From IMG/VR virus record IMGVR_UViG_3300027974_001778, positions 1 to 64,000 of that record: a stretch of 64,000 nt of DNA. One strand, given 5' to 3'. The notes beneath the pieces are model-generated. The model saw only the letters and a list, made by a program, of their open reading frames with translations. It was not told where the DNA came from and did not search any database. This document shows, in pieces, positions 48,724-59,032 of this stretch (positions within the stretch are counted from its first letter, which is position 1; the number at the start of each line of letters is the position of its first letter). This DNA is from an uncultured virus (IMG/VR IMGVR_UViG_3300027974_001778) (taxonomy: Duplodnaviria; Heunggongvirae; Uroviricota; Caudoviricetes). A program made the translations under genes and the position numbers.

Positions 48724-50352
48724 ATGATTACAATAGCATACTCAACAAGAGAGAGTAAACCAGAGTTTACAGAATATCTAAAAAAGAGTTCAGGTTTTAA
48801 AAAACTTGAGGTCATTGAAAAAGTTAACAACGGTGAGAAGTCTCTTGCCCAAGTTTATAATGAAGTCTTGTCAGAATCAAAGACTGACATTGTTGTGTTT
48901 TGTCATGATGATATATATTTTGATACAAATTCTTGGTATAACAAATTATTAAAACATTTTGAAAAAAGTGATTTTGGTATTCTTGGTATGGCAGGAACAA
49001 CTCAAATGCCAAGTAGTGGAATGTGGTGGGAAGACAGAAGAAAGATGGTTGGCATTGTTAACCATGAAAGTGATGGAAAGAAATGGGAATCAAAATACTC
49101 AGAGTCCTTAGGTAACTCAATTATAGAAACAGTTGTTGTTGACGGTCTATTCATTGCAATTGACAAAAGAAAAATTAAAAAGAATTTTAACGAAGACTTT
49201 AAAGGGTTTCACTTTTATGATATTCCTTTTTGTTTTGAAAACCATATTGAAGGAGTTAAAGTTGGTGTTATTACTAATATTAGAATTACTCACAGGTCAA
49301 TCGGTCAAACTAATGAACAATGGGAAGAGAACAGAAAATTGTTTGAATCAAAATACGCAAAAAATTTACCTGTTAAACTTAGCTACGACTCTCAAAGAAG
49401 AATTAAAGTTTTAATATCATCTTTGTTTTTTAGAACTTTTACTGGTTCAGAATTATATATTTTTGAACTTGCAAAGAATTTAATTAAACAAAACTGTGAT
49501 GTTACTGTTATGTCCCAAATAGGTGGGCCATTAACTGATATGGCAAAAAGATTAGGTATTAAATGTATATCATTTGAAGAAGCTCCTGGTTTTAAACTTG
49601 GTGATGGTAAATGGGGATTTAATACACCTGAAGGATTTAAAGTATCAACTGAAAATGTAATGTATCGTGTTTCTGAAGTTAACTTTGATATTATTCATAT
49701 GCAACATAAACCTGTTGCCGAAAGAATGATTCAGTTTTATCCTGAGATAGATAAAATCTATTCTATTCATTCTGAAGTTATAGAATTAGAAGACCCTATC
49801 AAACACGAATCAATTAAAAAGTATATTGCAATTAGACCTGAAATTAAGGACCACATTGTAGATAAATTTGAGATACCCGAAGAACAAATTGATATTATTT
49901 ATAATCCAATTGATAACGATAAATTCAAGCCAAAACCTTTAGTTAAAACAGAAAACTCTGTGTTATTTGTTGGTACCATAGATTACCTAAGAAAAGAGAC
50001 CATCTTAGATTTAATGGAAAGAACAAAAGAAGAAGGTAAAGAACTTTGGTTAGTAGGAGAAGATAAAGGAAATTATCTACAACAAGTTTTATTTGAACCT
50101 CATGTAAAATATTTCCCTCCTACTTGGTCTGTAGAAAATTTCATATATAGATGTGAAGAAACTGCAGGAATTCAATTAGGAAGAACAACTATCGAAGGAT
50201 GGATGTGCGGAAAACCGAGTTGGATTTATAAAGTAGATTCAGGTGGATTTATTTTATCAAAAGAAAAATTCGAACCTCCTGTAGACGTAGAGAAATACTT
50301 TTCCTCTAACGTCGCAAAACAAATAAAAGAAGAGTATCAAAAAATCCTTTAA
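48724..50352 (+). CDS. bifunctional glycosyltransferase (GT-A plus GT-B)
   Basis: VFCHDDI, VDGLFI, FHFYD; second domain TGSELY, IYNPID, GRTTIEGWMCGKP. Confidence 0.8.
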   Translation: MITIAYSTRESKPEFTEYLKKSSGFKKLEVIEKVNNGEKSLAQVYNEVLSESKTDIVVFCHDDIYFDTNSWYNKLLKHFEKSDFGILGMAGTTQMPSSGMWWEDRRKMVGIVNHESDGKKWESKYSESLGNSIIETVVVDGLFIAIDKRKIKKNFNEDFKGFHFYDIPFCFENHIEGVKVGVITNIRITHRSIGQTNEQWEENRKLFESKYAKNLPVKLSYDSQRRIKVLISSLFFRTFTGSELYIFELAKNLIKQNCDVTVMSQIGGPLTDMAKRLGIKCISFEEAPGFKLGDGKWGFNTPEGFKVSTENVMYRVSEVNFDIIHMQHKPVAERMIQFYPEIDKIYSIHSEVIELEDPIKHESIKKYIAIRPEIKDHIVDKFEIPEEQIDIIYNPIDNDKFKPKPLVKTENSVLFVGTIDYLRKETILDLMERTKEEGKELWLVGEDKGNYLQQVLFEPHVKYFPPTWSVENFIYRCEETAGIQLGRTTIEGWMCGKPSWIYKVDSGGFILSKEKFEPPVDVEKYFSSNVAKQIKEEYQKIL

Positions 50353-51155
50353 TGAATAGAATTATTGACTATGAAAACTTATCCATAAAAATACAAGATT
50401 GGATTAAGTCTTACGTAAATGAAAATGGAATATCTACCTTAGTAGTAGGTGTTTCAGGTGGAATAGATTCAGCAGTAGTATCAACATTATGTGCTGAAAC
50501 AGGAATACCAACTATTGTTGTTGGAATGCCAATAAACTCAAGTCCTGAAAATACAAAGTTATCTGACTTACAAATTTCACTTTTAAGCGCAAAATATGAT
50601 AACGTTGAGGGATACTATATAGATTTATCTCCTGTATTCGAATCATTTAAATCTCACAAAGCATTTGATAAAAGGTTTAACTCTGAACTTGGATTTGCAA
50701 ATACAAAATCAAGATTACGGATGGTGTCTCTTTATCAAATAGCGGCTTCATCTGGTGGTATTGTAATCGGTACAGGAAATAAAGTTGAAGACTTCGGTGT
50801 TGGATTTTATACTAAGTACGGTGATGGAGGAGTAGATATTTCCCCAATCGCAGATTTATATAAATCAGAAGTTAGAGAGTTAGGTAAGTTATTAGGAGTA
50901 CCTCAAGATATAATTAACGCTGAACCTACAGATGGTTTATGGGAAGACAATAGAGTTGACGAAACGCAAATAGGTTCAACTTATGATGAGCTTGAGTGGG
51001 CTATGGAATATGGTATGAATAAGTGGTCAGAACAACTAGAGTTAACAGAAAAAGAAAAAACAATACTTACAACTTACGCAAACTTCAACACAAAAAATAA
51101 ACATAAAATGGTTTCAATACCAATTTTTGATTTAAAAGAAAATAATGTCATATGA
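50352..51155 (+). CDS. nadE: NH3-dependent NAD+ synthetase
   Basis: GVSGGIDSAV, NTKSRLRM, GTGNKVE, FYTKYGDGGVD, PIADLYKSEV, PTDGLW. Confidence 0.95.
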   Translation: MNRIIDYENLSIKIQDWIKSYVNENGISTLVVGVSGGIDSAVVSTLCAETGIPTIVVGMPINSSPENTKLSDLQISLLSAKYDNVEGYYIDLSPVFESFKSHKAFDKRFNSELGFANTKSRLRMVSLYQIAASSGGIVIGTGNKVEDFGVGFYTKYGDGGVDISPIADLYKSEVRELGKLLGVPQDIINAEPTDGLWEDNRVDETQIGSTYDELEWAMEYGMNKWSEQLELTEKEKTILTTYANFNTKNKHKMVSIPIFDLKENNVI

Positions 51156-52312
51156 AAATAGGGATTATTGGAGCTGGAAGATTAGGATTAACTTTCGCTT
51201 TATTATGTGAGAAGGCAGGATACAATGTACTCGTGTCTGATAAAAGAGAAGATTATGTACAAAATTTAAATCAAGGTGTTTGTTTAACAAATGAACCTCA
51301 TATTCAAAAAATGTTATTTGAGGTACATGATTTTAGCGCTACTACAGACAATGTTGAAGTAATTAAACAATGTGATGTAATATTCACATTTGTTGCCACC
51401 CCATCAACTATGGATGGTAATTATGATACATCCAAAGTTTTTGAGGTTGCTAATGATTTTTTCACGGTTTCTCAATTGAATTTACCTATTCACGATAAAA
51501 AATTTATAATTGGATGTACGACTAATCCTGGTGACACTGAACAAATTCAAAAGAAACTTGCGGTCTTCAATACTCAAGTCGCATACAATCCAGAGTTTAT
51601 TGCCCAAGGAGAAATTGTAAAAGGACTTGAACAATCTGATATTGTTTTGATTGGAACTGATTATCCTGAATTAGGAAATTTTTTAGTTAAAATTTACGAA
51701 AGAATACAAACCACTTCTGTCAATGCTCATATTATGAGCCCAAAGGCTGCAGAAATTACAAAAATAGGAATTAATTGTTTTTTAACTACTAAAATTAGTT
51801 ACGCCAATATGATGGGTGATATCCTAATGAAATCAGGATTAAACTTAGAAATTGACACAGTATTAAGTGCGATAGGTGGAGATACAAGAGTTGGTAAAAA
51901 ATATATGAAATATGGGTTTGGATTTGGTGGACCTTGTCTTCCAAGAGATAATCGAGCATTAGGATATTATGCTAAGAACTTAGGTATGGAATTAAATTTA
52001 CCATTAACTGTAGATGACTTTAATACAGAACATGCTGCGTTCCTAAAAACCCATTACATATCATTAAACCCTAATAAAGAAGTTCCATTTGTTATGAATT
52101 ACATAACATATAAAAGAGGTACGGATATTTTAGAAGAATCCCAACAATTCAAATTATGTGTAGATTTATTAGAAGAAGGTTATTCGGTTAATGTTATTGA
52201 AATTGATGAGGTTGTTAAAAATTTACAATCATTAAGTGAATCTTATAATGGTAGACTTAAATTTTATAAACAAGGTACAACACCTGAAGGATACGTTATT
52301 AATTTACAATGA
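51152..52312 (+). CDS. UDP-glucose/GDP-mannose 6-dehydrogenase family
   Basis: GAGRLG, VATP, YNPEFIAQG, KISYAN, GFGGPCLPRD. Confidence 0.9.
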   Translation: MKIGIIGAGRLGLTFALLCEKAGYNVLVSDKREDYVQNLNQGVCLTNEPHIQKMLFEVHDFSATTDNVEVIKQCDVIFTFVATPSTMDGNYDTSKVFEVANDFFTVSQLNLPIHDKKFIIGCTTNPGDTEQIQKKLAVFNTQVAYNPEFIAQGEIVKGLEQSDIVLIGTDYPELGNFLVKIYERIQTTSVNAHIMSPKAAEITKIGINCFLTTKISYANMMGDILMKSGLNLEIDTVLSAIGGDTRVGKKYMKYGFGFGGPCLPRDNRALGYYAKNLGMELNLPLTVDDFNTEHAAFLKTHYISLNPNKEVPFVMNYITYKRGTDILEESQQFKLCVDLLEEGYSVNVIEIDEVVKNLQSLSESYNGRLKFYKQGTTPEGYVINLQ

Positions 52313-53037
52313 TAAAATTTGTTTGTTGTTTTTGGAACGCAGAAAATTACATTAAAAATTGCATTAGAACTTTAAAATCCCAAAAAGATATAGAGTTTGA
52401 AGTTTATTTAATTGATGATATATCAACAGATAATACGGTTGAATTGGTTAAAAATTTAATAGAAGGAGACAATAGGTTTAAACTTATAGTTAATACAGAA
52501 AAAAAATTTAAACTAAAAAATTTAGATGAATTAATATCAACTTTTGATGATGAAGATATTGTAATTGAAATTGATGGTGATGATTTTTTACTTAACAGTG
52601 ATGTTGTTGGAGATATAAGAAAAGTTTATTCTAATAATAAAGTTTGGTTAACTAACGGTTCATTTATGTACTCCGATGGAAATCCAGGGTTTTCATCGGA
52701 ATGTAATCCAGATACTGTAAGAAAAGATACATTTAGATTCTCACATTTAAGAACATGGAAAACATTTTTATGGAAATCAATTCCTCAAGATTATTTACGG
52801 GACGATGATGGAAGTTATTTCAAATCAGCGGCAGATGTTGCATACACATTTTCATTATTAGAATTGGCAGGCAAAGAGAATTATAGATTTTTACCAAACC
52901 TATATTATGTTTATAACGCGGGTTCCCCGTACAATGACCATAAGGTCGGAAGTGCAACAGGTGGAGGTCACCAAGAACAAGAAAGATGTTCAAACATAAT
53001 AAGAAATAAAACCAAATTAAAAAAATTAATTAGATGA
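52309..53037 (+). CDS. glycosyltransferase family 2
   Basis: IDDISTDNT, IDGDDFL, SHLRTW. Confidence 0.85.
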   Translation: MIKFVCCFWNAENYIKNCIRTLKSQKDIEFEVYLIDDISTDNTVELVKNLIEGDNRFKLIVNTEKKFKLKNLDELISTFDDEDIVIEIDGDDFLLNSDVVGDIRKVYSNNKVWLTNGSFMYSDGNPGFSSECNPDTVRKDTFRFSHLRTWKTFLWKSIPQDYLRDDDGSYFKSAADVAYTFSLLELAGKENYRFLPNLYYVYNAGSPYNDHKVGSATGGGHQEQERCSNIIRNKTKLKKLIR

Positions 53038-53843
53038 GTAATTTAATATCATGTAATTTAATGGGTGGACTGGGAAATCAAATGTTCCAAGCAGCGCACG
53101 CATTATCACACGCAATGAAATTGAACAGAGAGGCTGTTTTTGTACCACGTTCTTGGACACCAATGCAAGGAAGACAAACAGAAAACTACCTTAATAATAT
53201 CTTTAGAAACATGAAATTCATTGACAGTATTGACGGATTTGAAAAAGTTAGTGAAGGCCCATGGGAATATATTGATGTTTACGCTAAAGACCACGACACT
53301 GTCTTTGACGGGTACTTTCAAAGTAGCAAAAACTTCTTTGGTTATAATGACGAGATTAGAAAAATCTTTGCTCCAACAGAAGAATTTATTCAAGAGATGT
53401 ATGAAAAACATCCTGAACTAAAACAAGAGAATACTTTATCAGTTCACATTCGTAGAGGTGATTGTTTTATGAATCCTGACATTCATCCAATTGCAAATGA
53501 AGTATACATTGAAAGAGCACTTAAAGAAATTGGGGAATATTCTCACGTATTTGTTTTTAGTGATGACAAAGATTGGGTTAAAGAAAATCTTAAATTTGAT
53601 AATGTAACTTACGTTGAAGATGATGATTATAGAGAGATGTGGCTAATGTCATTATGTAAAAACCATATCATGGTTAACTCTACATTCTCATGGTGGGGTA
53701 CATTTTTGAATCCTAACCCTAATAAGAAAATCGTGGCTCCTTCAATTTGGTTTGGACCAAGAGGACCAAGAAACTATAAAGACATATACGAACCTAATTG
53801 GATTGTATTAGAAGTAAAATACGAAGACGGATGGTTAAGTTAA
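53034..53843 (+). CDS. GT11 alpha-1,2-fucosyltransferase-like
   Basis: GGLGNQMFQ, GYFQS, VHIRRGD, VFSDD, NSTFSWWG. Confidence 0.9.
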   Translation: MSNLISCNLMGGLGNQMFQAAHALSHAMKLNREAVFVPRSWTPMQGRQTENYLNNIFRNMKFIDSIDGFEKVSEGPWEYIDVYAKDHDTVFDGYFQSSKNFFGYNDEIRKIFAPTEEFIQEMYEKHPELKQENTLSVHIRRGDCFMNPDIHPIANEVYIERALKEIGEYSHVFVFSDDKDWVKENLKFDNVTYVEDDDYREMWLMSLCKNHIMVNSTFSWWGTFLNPNPNKKIVAPSIWFGPRGPRNYKDIYEPNWIVLEVKYEDGWLS

Positions 53844-54649
53844 ACATGCTCTCAAGAAACTTTTCTCATGACAAAGGTTCAACCGCAAATAAACCACCAG
53901 TTCTTGTTGAATGGTGTTTTAATAGTTATGACAACGATATTTCAGTTTATTTAGATAATGATTTATTTAAAGGAATTGAAGACCACAAAGTTGATGGTGG
54001 TAACAAAAAAAAGTTTCTTTGGGTTATTGAATCCAGAAAATTTGATGGGGGAGCTGTAGATAACATTAAAAAACATTTAGATGAAGTTCTTGAAACTTTT
54101 GAACAAATTTGGACACACAATGATGAATTGTTACAGTTAAGCCCAAAGTTTAAATGGACTCCCGCATATGGTAGTTATATTAAAAATTTTGGTATACATT
54201 CAAAAACTAAGATGGCATCTATGATTACATCAAATAAAAGATGGACACACCAACATGAAATCAGACATGATTTTGCAATGGCAAACCAAGATAAGATTGA
54301 TGTTTTTGGCAGGGGTATTCAAGAAATACCGAATAAAGAAATTGGATTAGTTGATTACCGTTTTTCATTTTGTGTTGAGAACGATACATACGATACGTAT
54401 TTTACTGAAAAAATATTAGATTGTTTTGCAACAGGAACAATTCCAATTTATATGGGTACACCAAAAGTTACAGAATATTTTAATTCAGATGGGATTATAT
54501 TTTTTGATGGAACCTTTGATATTACAACACTAACTGAAGAGCTTTATAATTCAAAAATAGAAGCTATTAAAGATAATTATGATAGAGTACAAAAATACAG
54601 TGTTCTTGATGATTGGATTTTTGAAAATCACTTAAAAGATTATGTCTAA
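53831..54649 (+). CDS. GT10 alpha-1,3/4-fucosyltransferase-like
   Basis: YRFSFCVEN...YFTEKILDCFATGTIPIYMG; in-frame ATG at 53831 preferred. Confidence 0.85.
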   Translation: MVKLNMLSRNFSHDKGSTANKPPVLVEWCFNSYDNDISVYLDNDLFKGIEDHKVDGGNKKKFLWVIESRKFDGGAVDNIKKHLDEVLETFEQIWTHNDELLQLSPKFKWTPAYGSYIKNFGIHSKTKMASMITSNKRWTHQHEIRHDFAMANQDKIDVFGRGIQEIPNKEIGLVDYRFSFCVENDTYDTYFTEKILDCFATGTIPIYMGTPKVTEYFNSDGIIFFDGTFDITTLTEELYNSKIEAIKDNYDRVQKYSVLDDWIFENHLKDYV

Positions 54650-55349
54650 AATTTGTTTAATAAGACAACCCGCAGGAATTGGAGATATTTTCTTCACTCA
54701 AAAAATTGCCAAAGATTTAATATCTAAAGGATATGAAGTTTGGTGGCCAGTAATTCAACAGTTTGAATTTATCAAAAACTATATTAAAGTTGATGGACTG
54801 AAATTTGTAACTGAAAATGAAAATTTCCCTCACAAGAACATATATTTGGAAGGATATAGTAAACCAGTACAAATTTCCGATGATTCAATTTACCTACCAA
54901 TACAACATTTTGATAGACATTTCCCCGATATTTCTGTTATGCAGGCGAAATATAAGATGGTGAGTATGGACTCATCTGATTGGTTAGATTATTTCGAATT
55001 TGAAAGAAATTTAGAAAGAGAACAAAAACTTATTGACCACTATGGTGTTCAAGATAAAGAATTTGTTTTTGTTAACAGAATGTTTGGTTCTCCTCCACAT
55101 TCAAAACCATGTCCACATATGGGAGAATATGAAAACTCAGTCGAGATGGAATATCTTGGTTGGGATAATTTATTTGATTGGATTGGACTTTTATTAAAGG
55201 CTAAACACATTTATACCGTAGAGACATCAATTCTCTACATAATCTCAAAACTTGGTTTAAAAAATGTTACGGTTTATTCAAGGCATAATCCACCAAGTTT
55301 TCATCAAGTCGAACATATTTTCGACAAAGATTTAACATACATATTATGA
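54642..55349 (+). CDS. putative GT-B glycosyltransferase
   Basis: QPAGIGDIFF N-terminus, VETS; cluster context. Confidence 0.55.
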   Translation: MSKICLIRQPAGIGDIFFTQKIAKDLISKGYEVWWPVIQQFEFIKNYIKVDGLKFVTENENFPHKNIYLEGYSKPVQISDDSIYLPIQHFDRHFPDISVMQAKYKMVSMDSSDWLDYFEFERNLEREQKLIDHYGVQDKEFVFVNRMFGSPPHSKPCPHMGEYENSVEMEYLGWDNLFDWIGLLLKAKHIYTVETSILYIISKLGLKNVTVYSRHNPPSFHQVEHIFDKDLTYIL

Positions 55350-55729
55350 TTCAAGCACCAGTAAGTGTTGGTGAGTTAATTGACAAATTATCTATCTTAC
55401 ACGTAAAACAAACAAAAATAACTAATGAAGAAAAGTTAGAATACATAAATAAGGAATTTGAACTCCTTTACAATTTATCATCAGGTTATTTAAACGAACC
55501 TGAAATTGAATCTTTATATCATCAATTAGTTGACATCAACACAAAACTTTGGGATATTGAAGATAGGCTAAGAGTATTAGAAACCGAAAAAAGATTTGAG
55601 GGTGAGTTCATCGATTTTGCAAGAAAAGTTTATTTCACAAACGATGAAAGGTTTAGATTAAAAAAAGAAATTAATAAATTCACTGATTCTGAAATCAGAG
55701 AAGTAAAAGAATATGTAAAATATAAATAA
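55346..55729 (+). CDS. conserved small helical protein (DUF6165-like)
   Basis: PVSVGELIDKLSIL, LWDIED, ARKVYFTNDER, EVKEY. Confidence 0.75.
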   Translation: MIQAPVSVGELIDKLSILHVKQTKITNEEKLEYINKEFELLYNLSSGYLNEPEIESLYHQLVDINTKLWDIEDRLRVLETEKRFEGEFIDFARKVYFTNDERFRLKKEINKFTDSEIREVKEYVKYK

Positions 55730-55730
55730 T

Positions 55731-56402
55731 ATGATAGATAATATAAAAGAAGCATTAAAAAACTATTTTGAAGACGAAAGTTTAATTAACCCAGAAGGAA
55801 CTCCTAGTTCTGAAACAGGGTATCCTGAAAGAGACGTTAATTGGATGAAAGAAAATTTAATTCCAAAAATTGAAAATTTAATTGATAAAAATATCAATAA
55901 AAATTGTTTGGATGTTGGTTGTGCTCAAGGGTATTTTACCAGAGTTTTAAGTGAAACTTTTGAAAAAACTTATGGAATTGATTTATCCAATAATAGAATC
56001 AATTACGCTAAACAATATGAAAAAGAAAATTTAAAATTTGTCCAATCCGATTTAACGGAAAGTTTTGCAGATAAGTTTCCAGTTAAATTTGATTTCATGT
56101 TTACCAATGCAGTTCTTCCTCACATTCCTTTAGAATTTAAATCAGATGTTTTTAAAAATTTAGCTGAGGTTGCAAATACAGGTTGTATTTTTGTTATGTA
56201 TGATGGGATGTTAAATGACGATGGTACTCATAAACACGATAAAAATAAACAAGCAAATTTTGAAAATTGGCATAGTAAAGAAATAATTAGAGTTGTTTTT
56301 ATAAGTGAAAAATGGATTCGTGAAAACGCAACAGATTGGGAAATTGTTCAAATTAATAACATTGGTCTTGGTACAGAAGAAATAATATTAAAAAGAAAGT
56401 AA
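55731..56402 (+). CDS. class I SAM-dependent methyltransferase
   Basis: LDVGCAQG, GIDLS, FDFMFTNAVLPHI. Confidence 0.85.
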   Translation: MIDNIKEALKNYFEDESLINPEGTPSSETGYPERDVNWMKENLIPKIENLIDKNINKNCLDVGCAQGYFTRVLSETFEKTYGIDLSNNRINYAKQYEKENLKFVQSDLTESFADKFPVKFDFMFTNAVLPHIPLEFKSDVFKNLAEVANTGCIFVMYDGMLNDDGTHKHDKNKQANFENWHSKEIIRVVFISEKWIRENATDWEIVQINNIGLGTEEIILKRK

Positions 56403-56406
56403 TATT

Positions 56407-57237
56407 GTGAAAAAATCAGTAATACTAACTTCAAGAAACGATAACTATGGTGGAAACTTACACAAAAGAACTACTATGGCGTTATTATCTTTAATTGAAA
56501 ATCATGATGAAGTTATCTTTGTAGATTGGAAAACTAAGAATGGAGAAGGAGTTATTTCTAACATTAAACATAATTTACCTCAAACAGGAAAATTAAAATA
56601 TATTCAAGTTCCTAAAGAATTTTTAAAAGAAAAATACCCTCACATTGCCGACTACACAATTATTGAATCTATTGGTAGAAATATAGGGTTAAGGAGAGCG
56701 TCTAACGATTATATTATTTCAACTAACATCGATATTGTTACAACTCCACTTGACGATTCTATATTAAAAGAAGACGTATTTTATACAGTACCAAGAAGAG
56801 ATGTTGACGAGTCTTTTCATCTATCATTTAATGACTACGAAAGTTTATATAAATCTTTGTGGAATAATCGTGATGGTTACAGAACTAAAGAAAGATTTGA
56901 AACTGATAACGACAAATGGTCATTAATTAATTGTTGTGGTGATTATCAAATTGGGCACAAAAACATTTGGAACCAAATGAAAGGATTTGAAGAATCTGTT
57001 TTATTTGGTTGTGGTATTGATACAAATGTTATGAAGAAAGCCTCTTTCTATTCTAACATCCAAGTGTTAGACCATTATATATTTCATTTAAATCATGGTA
57101 AGAGTGGAGATAGAGATGAAGACGAATCAGTACCTCCAATGTCTGACCAAAATGAAATTATTAAAGATTTTACAAATACATCTAACCCTGATGATTGGGG
57201 TATGTATAATGAAAATTTGCCAATTGAATTAATATGA
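56407..57237 (+). CDS. GT-A fold glycosyltransferase-like
   Basis: RNDNYGG, VDW, RNIGLRRA, TNIDI, GDYQ, GFEE. Confidence 0.7.
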   Translation: MKKSVILTSRNDNYGGNLHKRTTMALLSLIENHDEVIFVDWKTKNGEGVISNIKHNLPQTGKLKYIQVPKEFLKEKYPHIADYTIIESIGRNIGLRRASNDYIISTNIDIVTTPLDDSILKEDVFYTVPRRDVDESFHLSFNDYESLYKSLWNNRDGYRTKERFETDNDKWSLINCCGDYQIGHKNIWNQMKGFEESVLFGCGIDTNVMKKASFYSNIQVLDHYIFHLNHGKSGDRDEDESVPPMSDQNEIIKDFTNTSNPDDWGMYNENLPIELI

Positions 57238-57872
57238 GTGAACCAAAATCAATCCTAATTGTCGGAGGCTCAGCAGGAGCTAAGATAGCGACAAACATTT
57301 TTAAAATGACTCACCCTCATCACGTACTTTATTATGTAGAATGTTTTGCGGATGAAATACAAATTAATAGATTATACTCCACAGTTGAAAAATCTTTAGA
57401 ACATCTTAAGTCACCTAACATTGATTATTTTATTGCAACAGGTGACAATATTTTAAGAAAAAAACATTATGAATTAATTAAAGAACATACCAAAAAAGAA
57501 CCAATAAATTGTATCCACCCGACCGCAGTTGTTGAATCTAAAAGACTTGGTCATGGTAATTTAATTTGCCCAAACGCTGTAGTACATGTAGATTCCTTTA
57601 TTGGTAATTGTACAATAATTAACACTGGGTCAATAGTTGAACATGATTGTTTAATTGGAGACTTCTCTCAAATATCACCTAACGCAACTTTATGTGGTTA
57701 TGTTGAAGTTGGTGAAAATTGTTTTATAAGTGCTGCGAGCACACTAATACCTAAAGTTAAAGTTGGTGACAATTCAATTGTTGCTGCGGGTTCTGTTGTT
57801 ATTGACGACGTTCCACCAAATGTTATGGTTGCAGGAATACCATCAAAAGTTAAAAAAGTTTATAAGTTATGA
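57234..57872 (+). CDS. sugar acetyltransferase (PglD/NeuD family, hexapeptide repeats)
   Basis: ATGDNILR, IHPTAVV, INTGSIVEHDC, VAAGSVV, AGIPSK. Confidence 0.9.
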   Translation: MSEPKSILIVGGSAGAKIATNIFKMTHPHHVLYYVECFADEIQINRLYSTVEKSLEHLKSPNIDYFIATGDNILRKKHYELIKEHTKKEPINCIHPTAVVESKRLGHGNLICPNAVVHVDSFIGNCTIINTGSIVEHDCLIGDFSQISPNATLCGYVEVGENCFISAASTLIPKVKVGDNSIVAAGSVVIDDVPPNVMVAGIPSKVKKVYKL

Positions 57873-59032
57873 AAAAATTAAACATTCCAATTTTTAGATT
57901 GAAATTTGATTTTAAATCTAAGTTTAAGTTTTTAAAGGGTTCATGGGATATCTTGTCTTCTGATAGACCATTAGGAGAATCAAAATATGTAAAGGAGTTT
58001 GAAGATAAATTTGCTGAAATGAGTGACGCAAAATATGCATTAGCATGTTCAAATGGCACAACAGCAATTGAGTTAGCATTAAAGTCTCTTGATGTGAAAG
58101 GTAAAAAAGTTTTAATGCCGTCAAACACATTTTTTGCAACAAGTGTTGCAATCACAAATGCTGGAGGTATTATTGAATTATTAGATATGGAGCCAGAATC
58201 GTTTTCAATATCATTAAAAGATTTGATAACTAAGATTACACCTGAAGTTGGAGCTGTAGTCATTGTTCACATTGGTGGTATTATTTCACACGACATTTCT
58301 AAAATTGTTGATGTGTGTAAAAAAAATAATGTCCCATTGGTCGAAGACGCCGCTCACGCTCATTTTTCATTAAAAGGAACTTACAGGGCTGGTGTTATTG
58401 GTGATGTAGGAACTTTTTCATTCTTCCCAACTAAAGTTATGACAACAGGTGAAGGTGGGATGATTACAACAAATAACAAAGAACTTTATGAAAAAATGAA
58501 ATCATTAAAGAACTTTGGGAGACACATTTATGATAGCGGGATTATTGTTAACTCTGAAGGAAACAACTTTAAGATTAACGAATTCACTGGATTGTTAGGT
58601 AGTATTGAATGTGATAGAGTTTACTCAAGGATTGAAAAAAGAACTGACCTCTTAGAAAGATATCGAAAAAACTTATCCAAAACCAAATACAAAGTTATTA
58701 AACAAAAAGGGAATGGTACATGTGCAAACTACAAAGCCATTGTAATCACTCCTATGGACGGAGCGTGGTTAAAAAAATATTGTAAAGAAAAAGGTATCTC
58801 GTTGACAGGTGAAGTCTATAGAATACCTGTTCATGAACAACCTTTATATAAAGAACAATTTTCCTCTGTAAATTTACCAAATACTGATTATTATTCTAAA
58901 CATCACGTATGCCCTCCTCTATACCCTGAATTATCAATAAAAGAGGTCGATTACATCTGTGATGTTTTAAAACAAGCTTTAATCGATTATGAAGAACAGA
59001 GTAGCAAAACTAACTCAGATAAGAAAGATTGA
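57869..59032 (+). CDS. DegT/DnrJ/EryC1/StrS PLP-dependent aminotransferase
   Basis: SNGTTA, EDAAHAH, FSFFPTKVMTTGEGGMI, PPLYP. Confidence 0.92.
   Translation: MKKLNIPIFRLKFDFKSKFKFLKGSWDILSSDRPLGESKYVKEFEDKFAEMSDAKYALACSNGTTAIELALKSLDVKGKKVLMPSNTFFATSVAITNAGGIIELLDMEPESFSISLKDLITKITPEVGAVVIVHIGGIISHDISKIVDVCKKNNVPLVEDAAHAHFSLKGTYRAGVIGDVGTFSFFPTKVMTTGEGGMITTNNKELYEKMKSLKNFGRHIYDSGIIVNSEGNNFKINEFTGLLGSIECDRVYSRIEKRTDLLERYRKNLSKTKYKVIKQKGNGTCANYKAIVITPMDGAWLKKYCKEKGISLTGEVYRIPVHEQPLYKEQFSSVNLPNTDYYSKHHVCPPLYPELSIKEVDYICDVLKQALIDYEEQSSKTNSDKKD

Noticed and set aside
57850..58263. 137-aa minus-strand ORF
   Set aside because: Antisense shadow of the DegT aminotransferase.
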